A DNA stretch of 63,554 nt, counting the filler, from Hyphochytrium catenoides (Eukaryota; Protista; Hyphochytriomycota): assembly GCA_900088475.1 (NCBI GenBank). It is 15 parts of 15 records of this genome, joined end to end, with 100 filler letters (N's around TTAATTAATTAA, not from the genome) between each part and the next. Parts side by side here need not be neighbours in the genome. Positions count along the whole stretch, not along the records: positions 22,165 to 40,423 come from FLMG01003799.1; positions 40,524 to 42,993 come from FLMG01002823.1; positions 43,094 to 52,102 come from FLMG01001923.1; 12 more parts are not named here. One strand, written 5' to 3'. Of this stretch, positions 35,574-48,414 are shown in pieces; within the stretch, counting starts at the first letter, position 1, and every line of letters begins with the position of its first letter. The position numbers were made by a program, and so were the translations under genes. The notes below the pieces were generated by a model. The model was given only the letters and a program-made list of their open reading frames with translations. It had not been told where the DNA came from and did not search any database.

Positions 35574-37447
35574 ATGGCGACACCAGAGCTTCTTAAAGAT
35601 CTGGGCAACCAAGCCTTCCAGAAGAAGGAGTATAGGAAGGCTGTGGAGTACTTCACAGAGGCAATAACCAAAGGTGGTGACGATGAGGATGGCAACCTCC
35701 ACATTTACTATAGGTGAGGGTGACTAAGAAAAGTACTCGCTACTTAGACGGCTGTCCATCGCCGTTCTTCGGGCGTCGTAACTATCTGTCTGTTAATGTT
35801 CTCTGCTCTTCTTCCCGCGCTACCGCTTAGACCTAGCAAACCCTGGTGATTTTTGTCTTTCCCTACATGCCTATCGTCCTCCCTCCTACCCTACTTGGCC
35901 TTGGACACTATGTTCAGTCGCCTAAGATTCCGCTACCGGCAACTTTTAGCAATCGCTCGGCTGCCTATTTGCATCTGGATATGGCTAATGAAGCTCTATC
36001 TGATGCAAAGAAGTGCATCAACCTTAAGCCAGATTGGGCCAGAGGATACTCAAGGAAGGCTTCTGCTCTGTTCAGGTCAGCCTTTGACTCCCCTTCATGC
36101 CTACATGAGTAGCTTTAGTCTTGTTCCCTACTATCTAGCTAACCCTGCTTTTTGTTCCATCATGTATGTTTCCCCTCCGTGATGCCTTCCATTCTCCTCT
36201 CCACACCCATCGTTTAACTCGTACGATCACCGTCATTGCTTTGTTTTGTCTTGCCTGTTGTCGCCCCGGTGGACTCAAGGTGGCATAGTTCTGTCTACAT
36301 TCTTCGGCTAAATCGCTCATTGCTGCAATGGCTCTATGGCAAACACATCTTATTGATTAGGCTATTTGTTGATGTTCAGCTGGATTTCCACTAATCAGAG
36401 TATATATCTGACCCTAATCTCTCCGTTTGCAGGCTGAAGAAGTATCGTGATTGCATTGACACCTTCCGAAAAGGTCTCGAACTTGACCCTGCCAACGCTG
36501 CCATGAGAGACGGACTAGAAGAAGCTATCAGACAAGATAGGATCATGAGAGGATTGGATGATAGTGCTGGCGACAGAAGGAGCAGGCCATCCTCAACTTC
36601 TTCCACGTCCCCGACAGGCCGTCCTGTGAACCTTAAGGCGCTCCTATGGTCCACTACCCAGTCTAAAGTCGGCACCGCCCAATACGCCCTTCGAGCCTTT
36701 ATGCTACTAAACTTCCTAGGATACCTGCTGATGCCAATAATGGGGATGCAGTTTGGGGAGAACTGCTTTTCCCGCTTTATGAAGGCGGCGCTAGTTAACT
36801 ATGTTATTCACTTAGGCTGGAAGCACGGCATCCCCAAGCTAAACCAGCAGTACGGGATGGCGTTATCCATGGATCCAACGGCCCACTACCTATTCTATTG
36901 CGTGATCTTTCTTGGCAGCCACTCTTACCTCTTTGCCTTCTTACCTATTATTATCGCGGACGGGTTGCACTTTGCTCATTTTTCCAGCCAGATACTAAGG
37001 GCATGGAAGCCTCAGGTGGCTTCTACGCTGTCTCGGAGATTGAATCCAGTCCTGACCCAGCTAACCGGTAGACCTGACTGGCCCACGTTGGAGGAGAAGA
37101 ACAAGTGGAGCCTTCTCACCTCTCGGGTCCCTCAACTGTGTGCTACCACAGAGGTCTCCCTTGGACTCATTCTAGTAGTGCAGCTACTGCTTCCCAGCAG
37201 GAACCTGTTTGTCTGCCTTCTATACTGGCAGTTCCTTCGGCTACGATATATGCTCAGCACAGAGCTAAAGCAGGCCTTTGCACAGTTGAATGCTAGGATC
37301 GTTGGTCTTACTAGCCATCCTCGATGTCCGGCTGCTGTTAGAACAATCTATGCCAAACTGCAAAACTTCTTGGCCGGAATGGTCCAGGTTCCTAATGCAG
37401 AGCAGCAGCAGCAAGGAGGTGCAAGACCAAGTTGCACTATTATGTGA
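35574..37447 (+). CDS. TPR (HOP/STI1 TPR1-like) plus TMEM33/Pom33 fusion protein ending in CaaX (CTIM)
   Basis: Exons 35574-35713, 35950-36075, 36433-37447. LKDLGNQAFQKKEY..YSNRSAAY..PDWARGYSRK..GLELDPAN gives three TPRs. It is followed by hydrophobic HYLFYCVIF..LLYWQFLRLRY..HPRCP (TMEM33-like). Confidence 0.85.
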
Positions 37448-37710
37448 GAGAAAGACACGGGTGCGGGACAAGCGAAGAAAGTGGAACCACTACTAATTGG
37501 GCCAAAGTTTGATCTGTTAACTTTGCAGGACGATTAGGCCTGGAAATATTAGCAAAATCTATTTGCCCGGGCTTCACGGTGTCGTGTCGTGTACTTCCAT
37601 CTCTAAGGGAAGGAGTCGTGTACTTCCTCCAAAAAAAGGAGACTTGAGTACTAAGTTCCTCCGTCTGCCCCCTTTTCCGATTTCATTCTCAGTCAAGGGA
37701 ATCTCATTCT

Positions 37711-38927
37711 TTAGATGTCATCATCGTCCTCTGTGTTCTTATATGCAACCATAGCATCGACCCGGTGCACCTATGTAGAAGGAAGGTCAGTTGTGGGTCC
37801 GTGCATGAATAAGACCACGATAACAAGTCAAAGAAAAACCAGGACAAAAGGAACAGATAGCCTTTGGGACATCAGGCGAGTCGGGGAAGAAGAAGAAGAC
37901 CGTCTTTACCCCTACAGAGAGTTCAGAGACCCTTACCTTGGTTGAGAAGCTCCTCAGTTTGACTTCTGTGGAGTTGCTGATGATCTTGGGGTCGCTCTCC
38001 TCCCACTCGACGGGCACCTCGGCTTCCTTATCGGTGTACACCAGCAAATCGAAGGAGCAAGGCTCCGAGAGCAATGGTAGGAAGGTAACGCTGGCCACAA
38101 TTTGCCTGATAATGGCTTGAATCTCATTGCTTATCTCCTTCTGCGACTTTGTCCGTGTGGCGTTATTGCTGTGCGACCGAACAGGTGAGAACAGATGTAG
38201 CGATAGAGCTCATCTTGTAACACGTACTAGACAAGAGGCCGAAGAAAACTAGGCATAAAAAGTCTAGGAAAAGTTTAGGACAAGGTTGAGAGAGTTGATA
38301 GCACCCGGGAAGGAGTTTTTTACCCTTTTTTGTTCTCGTCTACCACCTCCTTCTCTGTCTCAACATTGAAGACCCAGCGCTCCAGCACCTGACCAGAGTC
38401 CACGCCGGTTATCACTAGTACCAGCTTCTGCACCTCTCCATGTTGCAGCCAAGCTGGTTGTGACGCAAACCGTAGCCAGGAGCAAAAGATAAAGAAGAGG
38501 TAAGAAGAGTAACGTAGACTATGCCAAGGAGATAGCTCCTGGATAGACCACCTACCTGTCATTTGCTCCAGAAAGTTCTTCAGATACTTCTGTAGCGTGG
38601 TGTCGGTGGATACCAGCATGGTTAGTCCATACTTTGGCACGCGGGTGAAGCTTTCTGGAGGGTACAATCCTCGTTGATACAGGATGCTAGGTTGAGGGAA
38701 GAGAGGAGGGGTAGAGGTCAATTGGGGAGGGGAGGGGAGGGGAGGATGGTCCTAAAGCAGAATGGTTCTTACTTGTTGATGCTGTACTCGAAGAACTCGG
38801 TGACAATGGCCGTCGATCCTTTCAGTGTGATCACGTTCTCTGTCTGCTGAGCGGTGGGCTGGCAAAAGCAGACATGGGAGTTAACATGCAAACAGTCGTG
38901 ACCTGTCACAAAGAGCAATCGTACCAT
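37711..38927 (-). CDS. MAD2: Spindle assembly checkpoint HORMA protein MAD2
   Basis: Six exons: ITLKGSTAIVTEFFEYSINNILYQRGLYPPESF..KYGLTML..KLVLVI..LERWVF..EIQAIIRQIVASVTFLPLL..FDLLVYTD..WEESDP..VKLRSFSTKVHRVDAMVAY. Confidence 0.97.
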
Positions 38928-39343
38928 CTTCACTGCTAGTCTGACTTGAAACCACGATGATAGAAAGGTGGCAGGACACGTAGATTATATCGTCTAGGCG
39001 AACAGTGCAGGTAGGGAGGGACCGATTGTGTCGGAGACGCGATAATGACAGCAATGTCTTCAAGAAATCTCTATGATGACGATGAAGACGAATGAAGACA
39101 CAATAATCTGCGAATTTGATCATCCAATTTCGTAATTTTGGGAACGTTGAGTTCTGCCGCCATTTTTACCCCTCAGTGGTTGATAACTTAGGAAGTTGGT
39201 CTTCTAAGTTATCATTAGTGGGATCGGCTTTCTGCTCTCTTGGTATCTCTTGAGTGGGCATTTTGTCTCTTGGGGCTATCTCCCTTCTCTCTCTCCCTCG
39301 ATTTTTCACTCGCTTGTTTTGATCTTTCTGTGTGTGGTCTCCC

Positions 39344-39389
<46 letters not shown>

Positions 39390-40239
39390 TCTATCTGTCT
39401 GTCTCTCTATCTGTCTCTCTATCTGTCTCTGTCTCTCTCTGTCTCTCTCTGTCTGTCTCTGTCTGTCTCTCTCTCTTTCTCTCTGCCTCTCTCTGTCTGT
39501 CTCTATCTGTCTCTCTCTTCCTCGTCTCAGACTGCTCTCCAAGACCTTGAAAAGATGTCCAATAAATAAGATTGATGACCGATGATGAAATGGAAGTTCC
39601 AGCTGTGAGGGATGATGTTCGGGTTGATGGAGATCGATGGCACGGAGCGGGACGAGTATTCAATGTGTACATCCTAATCAGACGTATTAGAGCAGCTATT
39701 AGAGCACGTCTGGACAACAACCCAATGAATAATGAGAGAAAAGATGTCCAATCGGAGAGTAGAAGGGTTGGAGTATGAGATCATCTTCTTCTTGAAAGTC
39801 GCTGAGAGGGTCATAGCGTGAGAGAGATTCCGAGAGCCTCGTTGTCGGCTGTATTTTAGGGAAAGGAGTTCTCGTCAATCGACTAGTGACAGAGAAAGGT
39901 TAGGAGATAATCCAGGAGATCATTAATGTTAATGGATCGCCTTCCTCGTAAGGAGGAAAAGATGAGCCAGAAGAAGGTCGTCCTGCACCGGGCTTTTGTT
40001 CAAATAGTGGATTAATTGGATTTACTCCTTTACAGATAACTCATGGTCAATAAGCCTGTTGGTCGAAGCTCTCAGCTGGATTGATTGGTGAGGTGCCCTC
40101 AGTGCACGCTAGGACTTCAAAAGATACAATTAGGAGCAAAGCAAAAGCAAGAGTCAGGATGGGAAGGAAGAACAGTGGGACCTACTTTGTAGACATCTGG
40201 AGTGAGACAACGTATCATTCCCAAACTGCCCACCGTTGT

Positions 40240-40422
40240 CTACCAATAAACCTCAGTCCAGCCATGGATAGTTAATGTCTCATTACTAGGCTTGTACTGG
40301 ACCTTTAGGTCTCCAGACAGCGTCAGCTGCAGATCTGTGGTCCGCAGCATCTTCACGAATTTCTCACTATCTTTCACGTTGAAGAAGTCCTTCGGGTTCA
40401 TGTACACGGTGTAATAGGCACC
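40240..40422 (-). CDS. C-terminal end of an unidentified protein cut by the contig edge
   Basis: Open frame of 60 codons with natural composition: GAYYTVYMNPKDFFNVKDSEKFVKMLRTTDLQLTLSGDLKVQYKPSNETLTIHGWTEVYW*. Confidence 0.35.
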   Translation of the reverse strand, partial: GAYYTVYMNPKDFFNVKDSEKFVKMLRTTDLQLTLSGDLKVQYKPSNETLTIHGWTEVYW

Positions 40423-40794
40423 ANNNNNNNNNNNNNNNNNNNNNNNNNNNNNNNNNNNNNNNNNNNNTTAATTAATTAANNNNNNNNNNNNNNNNNNNNN
40501 NNNNNNNNNNNNNNNNNNNNNNNAGAGAGAGAGAGAGAGAGAGAGGAAGAGAGAAAAGAGAGAGGGGGCATGTGAGAAGAGAGGAGGACGGGGTCAGTGG
40601 GAAAGAGCGAAGGAGGGAGGGGGGCGGTTTTATAGCGAGGAGTTAACAGCACGATTGTAGAGACAGACAGAGGGAGAGAGAGAGAGATCGACATCCCAAA
40701 AGTTTTGGCACTTAAGAAAAGAGCATAGCCACTGATAAGATGTACGGGCACACCATCTGAGATCAACCAAGGGAAAGAGGGAAGCAAAGAGAGT

Positions 40795-40825
<31 letters not shown>

Positions 40826-41029
40826 CGGCAGAGGGAAGGAGAGAAACAGAGGGAGAGGAGGAGGGCTGCGCGACTTTAGAGCGGGTGGATAGCTAAGCAA
40901 ACCAAACCTTGCAAGAAGAAGAAACAAAGGCAAAGGAAAAAGTTGAACAGGACGCCGAGAAAGAGAGTGAGGGAAGGAGGCAGAGGAGTCAGAGCGAGAG
41001 AAAAGTGTAAGAGAGACCGTGTCTCCTAC

Positions 41030-41561
41030 CTCGTCATCAAGGCCGGCGTCTCTCACTAAGGACTTGAGCCTTAAATTCTCTTCTACGAGGGTCGTGACCT
41101 CCTGTGGTGCCACTGATGATAGAACAAGAGAGAGACCAGGCGGATTCGGGTCAGAACAAGAAAGAAAGGAGAGAGAGAGAGAGAAACAGAGACATAAAAA
41201 ATAGAGGCCAGACTAAAAATCTGAACCGGACAAGCTTTTCAGCAATAGAAAGAGCAGAAGACAGCAGTTAAGTGCCCGCAAAGTTCGCTGGAAAGGGGAG
41301 AGACTGGGAGAGAGAGAGTGTGTGTGTGTACGTGAGTGAGAGAGAGAGAGAGAGAGAGAGAAGAGAGGGAAGCACAGAGTGCGTGGGCTTGTCAATGAGA
41401 AAGAGGTGCTTTTCCTTACGAATGGCTGTTCCTCGGCTCTCAAAAGATTTGAAGGTAGTGAAAGTGGAAATGAGGAAGATAACAGACACGAAGAGAACCG
41501 TCAAGAGCAAGACGGAGCCTTTTGAGATGCCGCCCTTCTGCAGCCGAGCCACGTGTTTCAT
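41030..41561 (-). CDS. N-terminus of a type II membrane protein (TM anchor plus short coiled-coil stem; glycosyltransferase-like topology), partial
   Basis: MKHVARLQKGGISKGSVLLLTVLFVSVIFLISTF.. ending at donor GTAAGG. Next exon APQEVTTLVEENLRLKSLVRDAGLDDE ending at GTAGGA. Confidence 0.5.
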
Positions 41562-42219
41562 GGTCTACAAGGAGAAGAACGATGGGAAAAGAGGGGCGAA
41601 CAGGAGAGAGAGAGAGAGAAAGAGAAAGAGAGGAAGAGATGAGACGACGAGAGAAGAGAAGGAAGAGAGTAAGATCGGAGCACCATCACGATGACGAGAA
41701 CGCCAAAAGGACATTGACATCAATGGAAGCCCGAAAGCAGCCAAGAGAGAGAGAGAGAAAGAGAGGAAAGGGGAGAGAGAGAGAGATCACAAACAAAGAG
41801 AAAGAGCAGAATGCAGGCAGAGAGTGAGCATGGCAAGCAAGGCGAGAGCGGCATAGCAACAGCCTCTTTGATGTTTTCATACCCTCCCAGCCCNNNNNNN
41901 NNNNNNNNNNNNNNNNNNNNNNNNNNNNNNNNNNNNNNNNNNNNNNNNNNNNNNNNNNNNNNNCTCTCTCTCTCTCTCTCTTCCTTTAATCCTCCCAGCT
42001 TCGATCCTTCTTCTTCTTTTCCTTTCCCTCTCTACCAGTCTTCCCCGTTTCTACTTCTCGCCTAGCCAGGGCAAGAGTCGAAGCGTACCATCGGAAGAGA
42101 AAGACCCTGAGTTCTCTTTGAGCGGTTCATCTTTCTGGGCACTTTAGAAATCCTAGAAAAGCAGAGAGAGAGAAATGCGCTGCGGGGAAGAGGAAGGGGG
42201 AATAGAGAGAGCAGAGAGT

Positions 42220-42267
<48 letters not shown>

Positions 42268-42631
42268 TGTGAATATTTGCACACTTGGGCTGGAAGAGGG
42301 CGATGGCAGTACCTTGATGACGCTTCAGATCTCTCGCCTTGTCTCCTGGTGCTCCACTGTGAAGATTGTGAAGCTTTCTATGCGGACAAGGGACCGATGA
42401 AGGGCTGCTCGAGGCAGAAGAGCGAGAGATTGTTATAAGAGAAAAAGCTCTGTCTTCCTTGATAGTGCTTCAACTAGGTCCTCCTTTCTCTGCCTCTCTC
42501 TCTCTCTCCTGTTCTCTGATTCTCTGTTCTATCTGATCTGCAAAATCTTGTGAGCTTGGCCGCTTGGCCACACTTCCCCTTCCAACGCTTCTTCTACCTG
42601 GTGACTTTGGAGCTGGCTCTTTTTCTGTCTT

Positions 42632-42677
<46 letters not shown>

Positions 42678-44121
42678 ACCTACCCTGCATTCACAACAAA
42701 GCAAGTGTGCCTCGTCTGGCTGTGGACGAGGTCTGGGAGGAGAGGGTGATACAGAGATGACGATGTGTGCGAGCTCCACTTCTCGTAGTCAAGCCAGACT
42801 GTTGATGATGATGATGATTCGCTGCAGCTGTCGTGCTTTTCTTACCTTCCGCTCTCTTTCTCTCTTGCTCCCTCTCTCTCTCTTGCCTTTCGCTCTCTCT
42901 CTCTCTCTCTCTCCTTTCTTCCCCACATCGCCGTTCAGGTTCCTGCCCTTGCTCTTCCTATCATAGCTTCTACTCTGTCTATCTCCCTCACCGNNNNNNN
43001 NNNNNNNNNNNNNNNNNNNNNNNNNNNNNNNNNNNNNTTAATTAATTAANNNNNNNNNNNNNNNNNNNNNNNNNNNNNNNNNNNNNNNNNNNNCGGAAGG
43101 GAGGAAGTGTAAGTAGAAGAGAGAGAAAGAGAGAGAGAGAAAGCCTTGTCACACGTTTCTTTGATCCACAAGCTTCCTTAGATCCCCTTCTTTCTTTTTT
43201 TCGTTAGACAATATTTGCATGTTTTTCCTTTTCCTATAACCCACCGCAGAAGTTAACAGTTCTCTCTCTCTCTCTCTCTTTTATAACTCGTCTCTTCTCT
43301 CTCGTTCGCTCTCTCTCTTTCTAGATTTACACTCAGATGGCAGCAAACGCGACTCGGCCAGCGGCGGTCGCCAAGTCAAAGCCGTCAAAGGCTGAACCTG
43401 CAGCAGGAGCCACGAACCAGAAGGAAGAATGAGTAGAGAAAGAGAGAGAGAGAGGAAGGCTACATCTCTCCCCTCTCCCATAAGCGTAATCTTTTCCCTT
43501 CAATTTCTTGTCCCTGATCATCTTCTCTCCCTTTCCTCCGAGAGAGGTAAAAAGACAGAGATAAACAATAAAGGAGGAGTGGGGAGTGCAGATGCATTTC
43601 TCTCTCTCTCTCTCTCTCTTCTTTTCAACACTTCTTACTCTCTCTGCTATCCACGATTGCTACCATCTATTGGCGACGGCCTCGAATCTAGAGGGAGGAC
43701 ATCTCTCGCGCATCACAATCCGTTCTCTCTCTCTCTCTCTTGTACTTTCTCTCCTCGTTTTTTCTCTTTCTCTTTCTCTAATTCAAGAGATTCCTATTGT
43801 CTCGTACCTAACCAGTTGTCTGGCACTTGAGCCGTCAGTACTTCGCTCTCTTGAGGAATGGGGTGATAGAGAGAAGTAAAGACGCCCAAGAAATGACTGA
43901 CGTAGGGCTGAATGACAGGCTTGATGCGAGAAGAGAAAGAAAAGCGAGAGAGAGAGAGAGAGAGAGAGAAAATCGCAATGATAGAACAGTAGAGCCGCAG
44001 AAGATTGTATCCTCTTGCTGGGTTCCGCTCGCCCGGTCAGAGGCTCTCTGGCTGTCTATTTCTCTCTTTCTCTTCCTCTCCCCACGAAAGGGCTTGTATT
44101 AAGAACTTGTCTATCCTCCTC

Positions 44122-44880
44122 TCATTCCTCTTCCGTGTGCTGGAAAACAGGAGAGAGAGGAAACAGTCTCCGTAGCATAGCAACCACTTCTCTCTCTATC
44201 TTCTCAACGATTGAGGGCGGAGTGAAGCCATCGCGGGCAGAACGTGCAACCGTGATGAGACCGGGAAGAGTTCCAATCTCTAGTCAAAAGAAACACCAGA
44301 AATTAGGAGAGAGAGAGAGAGAGAGAGAGAGAAAGAAGAGAGAGAGAGAGAAAGAGAGAGAGACAGAGAAGGGTTGGATGAGAGAGAAAGATGAGCAAGA
44401 AAATATGTTAGAGGCCATGTGGCGAAGGCATATAAACAGAATATGAAAAATGCTAACTATCTGTTTCATTCTCCCTTCCTTCTCGCTCTCTGCCCCTCCC
44501 TCCTTCCTTTCTTTCTTTCTCTTTCTCTCTCTCTCTCTCTTTCTCGCGTTCTCTCTCTGACAGTCATAAGTGGTGGACGTTTGTACCTCTAACAATCTCT
44601 TCGATCTGCTGAATCTGTTGAGGAAGCTCCTCCAAGGGAAGGACTGAGGAAGGCAGGTCCGCATATATGAAGCCTCGACTCACCTGTGAGGAGTCAGAGA
44701 GAGAGAGAAAAAGGGAGAGAGAGAGAGAAAGAGAGAGAGAGAAGGTAAGAAGAGAGTCTGACAGTTACGATGCAGAGGTGCGAAGAGAGAATGTAAGTGT
44801 GAGGCATGGAGAGATAGAGTGCGAAAGAGTTGTTTAAGTGCCAGCACTAAGCGAGAGACACATATTGCCCGCAGCGCGAA

Positions 44881-44912
<32 letters not shown>

Positions 44913-45826
44913 GGGACAATGCGAGAGAGAGAGGACAAAGAGAGTGAGAGAGAGCCAAACCCAACCCACTGACATAGTCACTAAAGAAGCTAAGAATAGA
45001 CATGCATAGAGAAGAAGAGACATACAGAGAGAGAAAGAGCTCCTCAGAGAGAGAAGGCAGAGCATCTACCAGGGAGAGATCTTCTTTTTCTAAAGGCTGA
45101 AGCTCGGCCCAAAGCTCCGGAAGAAGAGACTTCAGCTCCAGGGAGGGGAGAGAGGAGAGCGCCAGCAGCGGAGCGGCCTAAAACAACGCGAGAAAAGAGA
45201 GAGAGAGAGAGGAACACAGAGAGAGAGAGAGAGCGAGAGAGAGAGATCAACATATAAAAGATTGTGAAAGGAGGTAGATTAGGACGGAAACACTCGATCA
45301 CAATGTAAAACAATGTAAAAAACGGATAAAAAAGGGGGAGAAAAGAGAGAGAGAGAATTGAAAGGCGGGGAACAGAGAGGGTGAACGAGGGAGAGAGAAA
45401 AAGAGCGGGAGGGAGGCAAAGAGACAAAGCTGAAGTCAAGAGAGGAGGAACGGAGAGAAAGATAGAGAGACGACGGAGCGAGAGAAGAGAGAGAAAGAGG
45501 AATCGAAAGTGTGCTGGGAAAAAAACAAGACTGGGAAAGATGAGATAGAGGTCTATTTACCTTGATAAGAAAAGACTCTCTATGGAGAGGAACCTCGCCA
45601 AATAAAGAGAAGACGGTTCTGCAGGGGAATGAGGGAGAACGTGAGAGAAAGAATGGAGAAAGAGAAGTAAAGCAGTACTGATGGAAACTGAGAGAGAGAG
45701 AGAGAGCTCTAGTTAAGCCTTCCCAGCTACGCTTCTTACTCGTTAAAGAGCTTTAGCTGTTCCTCTCTCTTTTCCAAGTCCATCGTCTTATCAATCTTGT
45801 GGCCAACAGCCAAAGAACAAGAGACA

Positions 45827-45859
<33 letters not shown>

Positions 45860-46394
45860 TGCGGAGGAGTAAACGGTTAGGGTCATATTATAGAGCAGTC
45901 ATCTAAGCTTTTCTCCTCTCCATCTGTCTCTCTTTCTCCCTCTTTCTTCTACTCCTGTAGTTTCNNNNNNNNNNNNNNNNNNNNNNNNNNNNNNNNNNNN
46001 NNNNNNNNNNNNNNNNNNNNNNNNNNNNNNNNNNNNNNNNNNNNNNNNNNNNNNNNNNNNNNNNNNNNNNNNNNNNNNNNNNNNNNNNNNNNTCTTCTAA
46101 GTCTAAAGAAAGACAAGAGTCACCAGCAGGAGAGAAGGCAATATAGAGAGATGCCGTAGAAAGAAATGAAGAAGAGAGAAAAAGAGAGGAAGTTTGAGTG
46201 GTAGAAAGAGAGAAAGAGAGAGACAGAGAACTTTATTCGAGAGACACAAACAAAGGGACTGTGAGAGGGAACATTAATATGTATGAAAGAGAGAGAAAGA
46301 GATAGACAGGACTGGTTGGCATAAAGAAAGAGAACGAGAGAGAGAGAACGTAAGACGTTAACACACGGAAGGGCCAAAGATGAAGGAATTGGAA

Positions 46395-46438
<44 letters not shown>

Positions 46439-48368
46439 AAAGGAGGTGTCCTACCTTCCAGAAAGGGATTCAACGTGGAAAAGTAATCGAGACAGATATC
46501 CAATATCCAGGACGAGGGAGAAAGAGGAGACGAGGAAAGAGAGAGAGAAGACAAAGGAGAGAGAACGGTTTCGGTGGTTTCTTGACTCGAACGACGAGAA
46601 ACCGTCTTGACCGTCAGGTGAAGCAGTCTGGGCGTCCACATAAGAAAAAGGAGAAAAGAGCGAGAGAGAGAGAGAGAGAGATGAAAGAGAAGCGCGCCAA
46701 TGCGGCAACACGTGGAAATAATGCCAAGGAGCTGTAAAGGAGAGTGGTCATGTCACAGAGTAGAAAAGAGAGAGAGAGACCGAGCGAGAAGGTGAGGGGA
46801 GAGAAATATAGAGAGAGAGGAGAAACAGACTGAGATGAAAGAAGATAGCTCTCTTACTTTCTGTCAGCCAAGGAAGAGAGAGACGCGTATTGCTCATCCT
46901 CCAGATAGTAGAGAAGAGGAGTCCCCACAGCCAGCCTTCCTGATGGAAACTTGCATTAGACCACTCTTCCTCCTCCTCTTTCTCATTCTCTCTCTCTCTC
47001 TTGTGTTTATTCCCTTGCTTACCCTCTCTCCTTGTACATTTCTCTCCTTGTACATTTCTCTCCTTTTGAAATTCTCTCTTCTCTCTCCCTTACCTGACGG
47101 TGTGGTCCCTATGATCACCTCATGTTCTCCGTCGTCAAACTAAAAGTAAGCACCACATAGGCATTTAGGGAAGAGAGAGAGGGAGAGAAAGAGAGAGAGA
47201 AAAAAAAAGAAGAGAGCGAGAGAGAAAGTAGCGAGCAGACATCGTGCGAACAGCCAGCACCTCAGCACGGGAATGGAAGGAGAAAGAGAACGGGAAATTA
47301 TATGAGAGAGAAGAGATAAGAGAGGGGGAGAGAGACAGAGAGAGATTGAGAGAGAAAAGACAGCATCTCTCTCTCCTCCTCACCTGCTTTGAGGTTTCAG
47401 GCTTCAGCCAGATCATTCTCTCCAAGTGACCCGCGATCACAAGAGGAAGGATCCACTCGGCAATGCCTAGGAGAGAGAGAATAAGAGAGAGCTTGATATT
47501 TAAGAACAACAGCATATCTCTTTTCTTTTGAAACGAGAGAGAGAGAGAAGAGAAGAAAGGAGAGAAAGAGAGAGATAAGGTGCGAGGAGACATCGAGGAG
47601 GGGAACTTCACTGAGGGAAGAGACAAAGGGAAGGACCAAACCAGAAGAGGAAACAGCCAAGGAAAGAAGAGTCCAAGCTTCGGAGTCACATTGATCCCTC
47701 AAGCTCCTCTTCTCTCTCTCTCTCTTTGCCTCTCTCTCTTTTCTTTCTCTCTCTTTCTGCCTCTCTTCCCAACTTGTTCATAGACGGACCTGACTCTGAC
47801 TCGTCCAGAGCGTCATACAAGTCTCTTGCTCTGAAAAAAGTGGTAGGAGAGAGAGAAGGAAGAGACAGATCGGGATGTGCGTCGAAGTGCAACAAAGAAA
47901 GACCGCTGAAGGGCAGACGCCGCTGGCGAATGGCCTGACGAAAAGGAGAGAGAGAGAGTGTGAGTAATGAGAGATAGGAGAAAGAAAGAGAGAGAGAGAG
48001 TGAGAGAGAGAGAAAAAGGGGATAGAGGAAAGGTGGAGGAAAGAAAGGGAGAGAGAAAATCAGAAGAAGATAGAGGACCAAACGAAGATGTTCCAGAGTA
48101 GACAGAAACATAGGAGAGAAAGAGAGAGAAGGAAAGGAGAGAAGGTGTAAATTAAAGAGGCACAAAAGGGTGGAAAGGACCAAGGAGGTGGCAATGACGA
48201 GAGAGAGAAGAGGGAGAGAAGCAAAGAAAGAGAGAAGGACGTCCGGCAAGCAGGAGAGAAAGAAGGAGAAAAGACAGAGCTTAAACATGGGTAGTGTGGG
48301 GAAGGGAGGACGGCACCTGATGAATGTAAAAGAGAGCATCATTATGGTCCTCCACGATGTGGATCTAC

Positions 48369-48414
<46 letters not shown>

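Noticed and set aside
42170-43450. Short non-repetitive stretches with open frames
   Set aside because: No coherent splice pattern or homology could be recognised.
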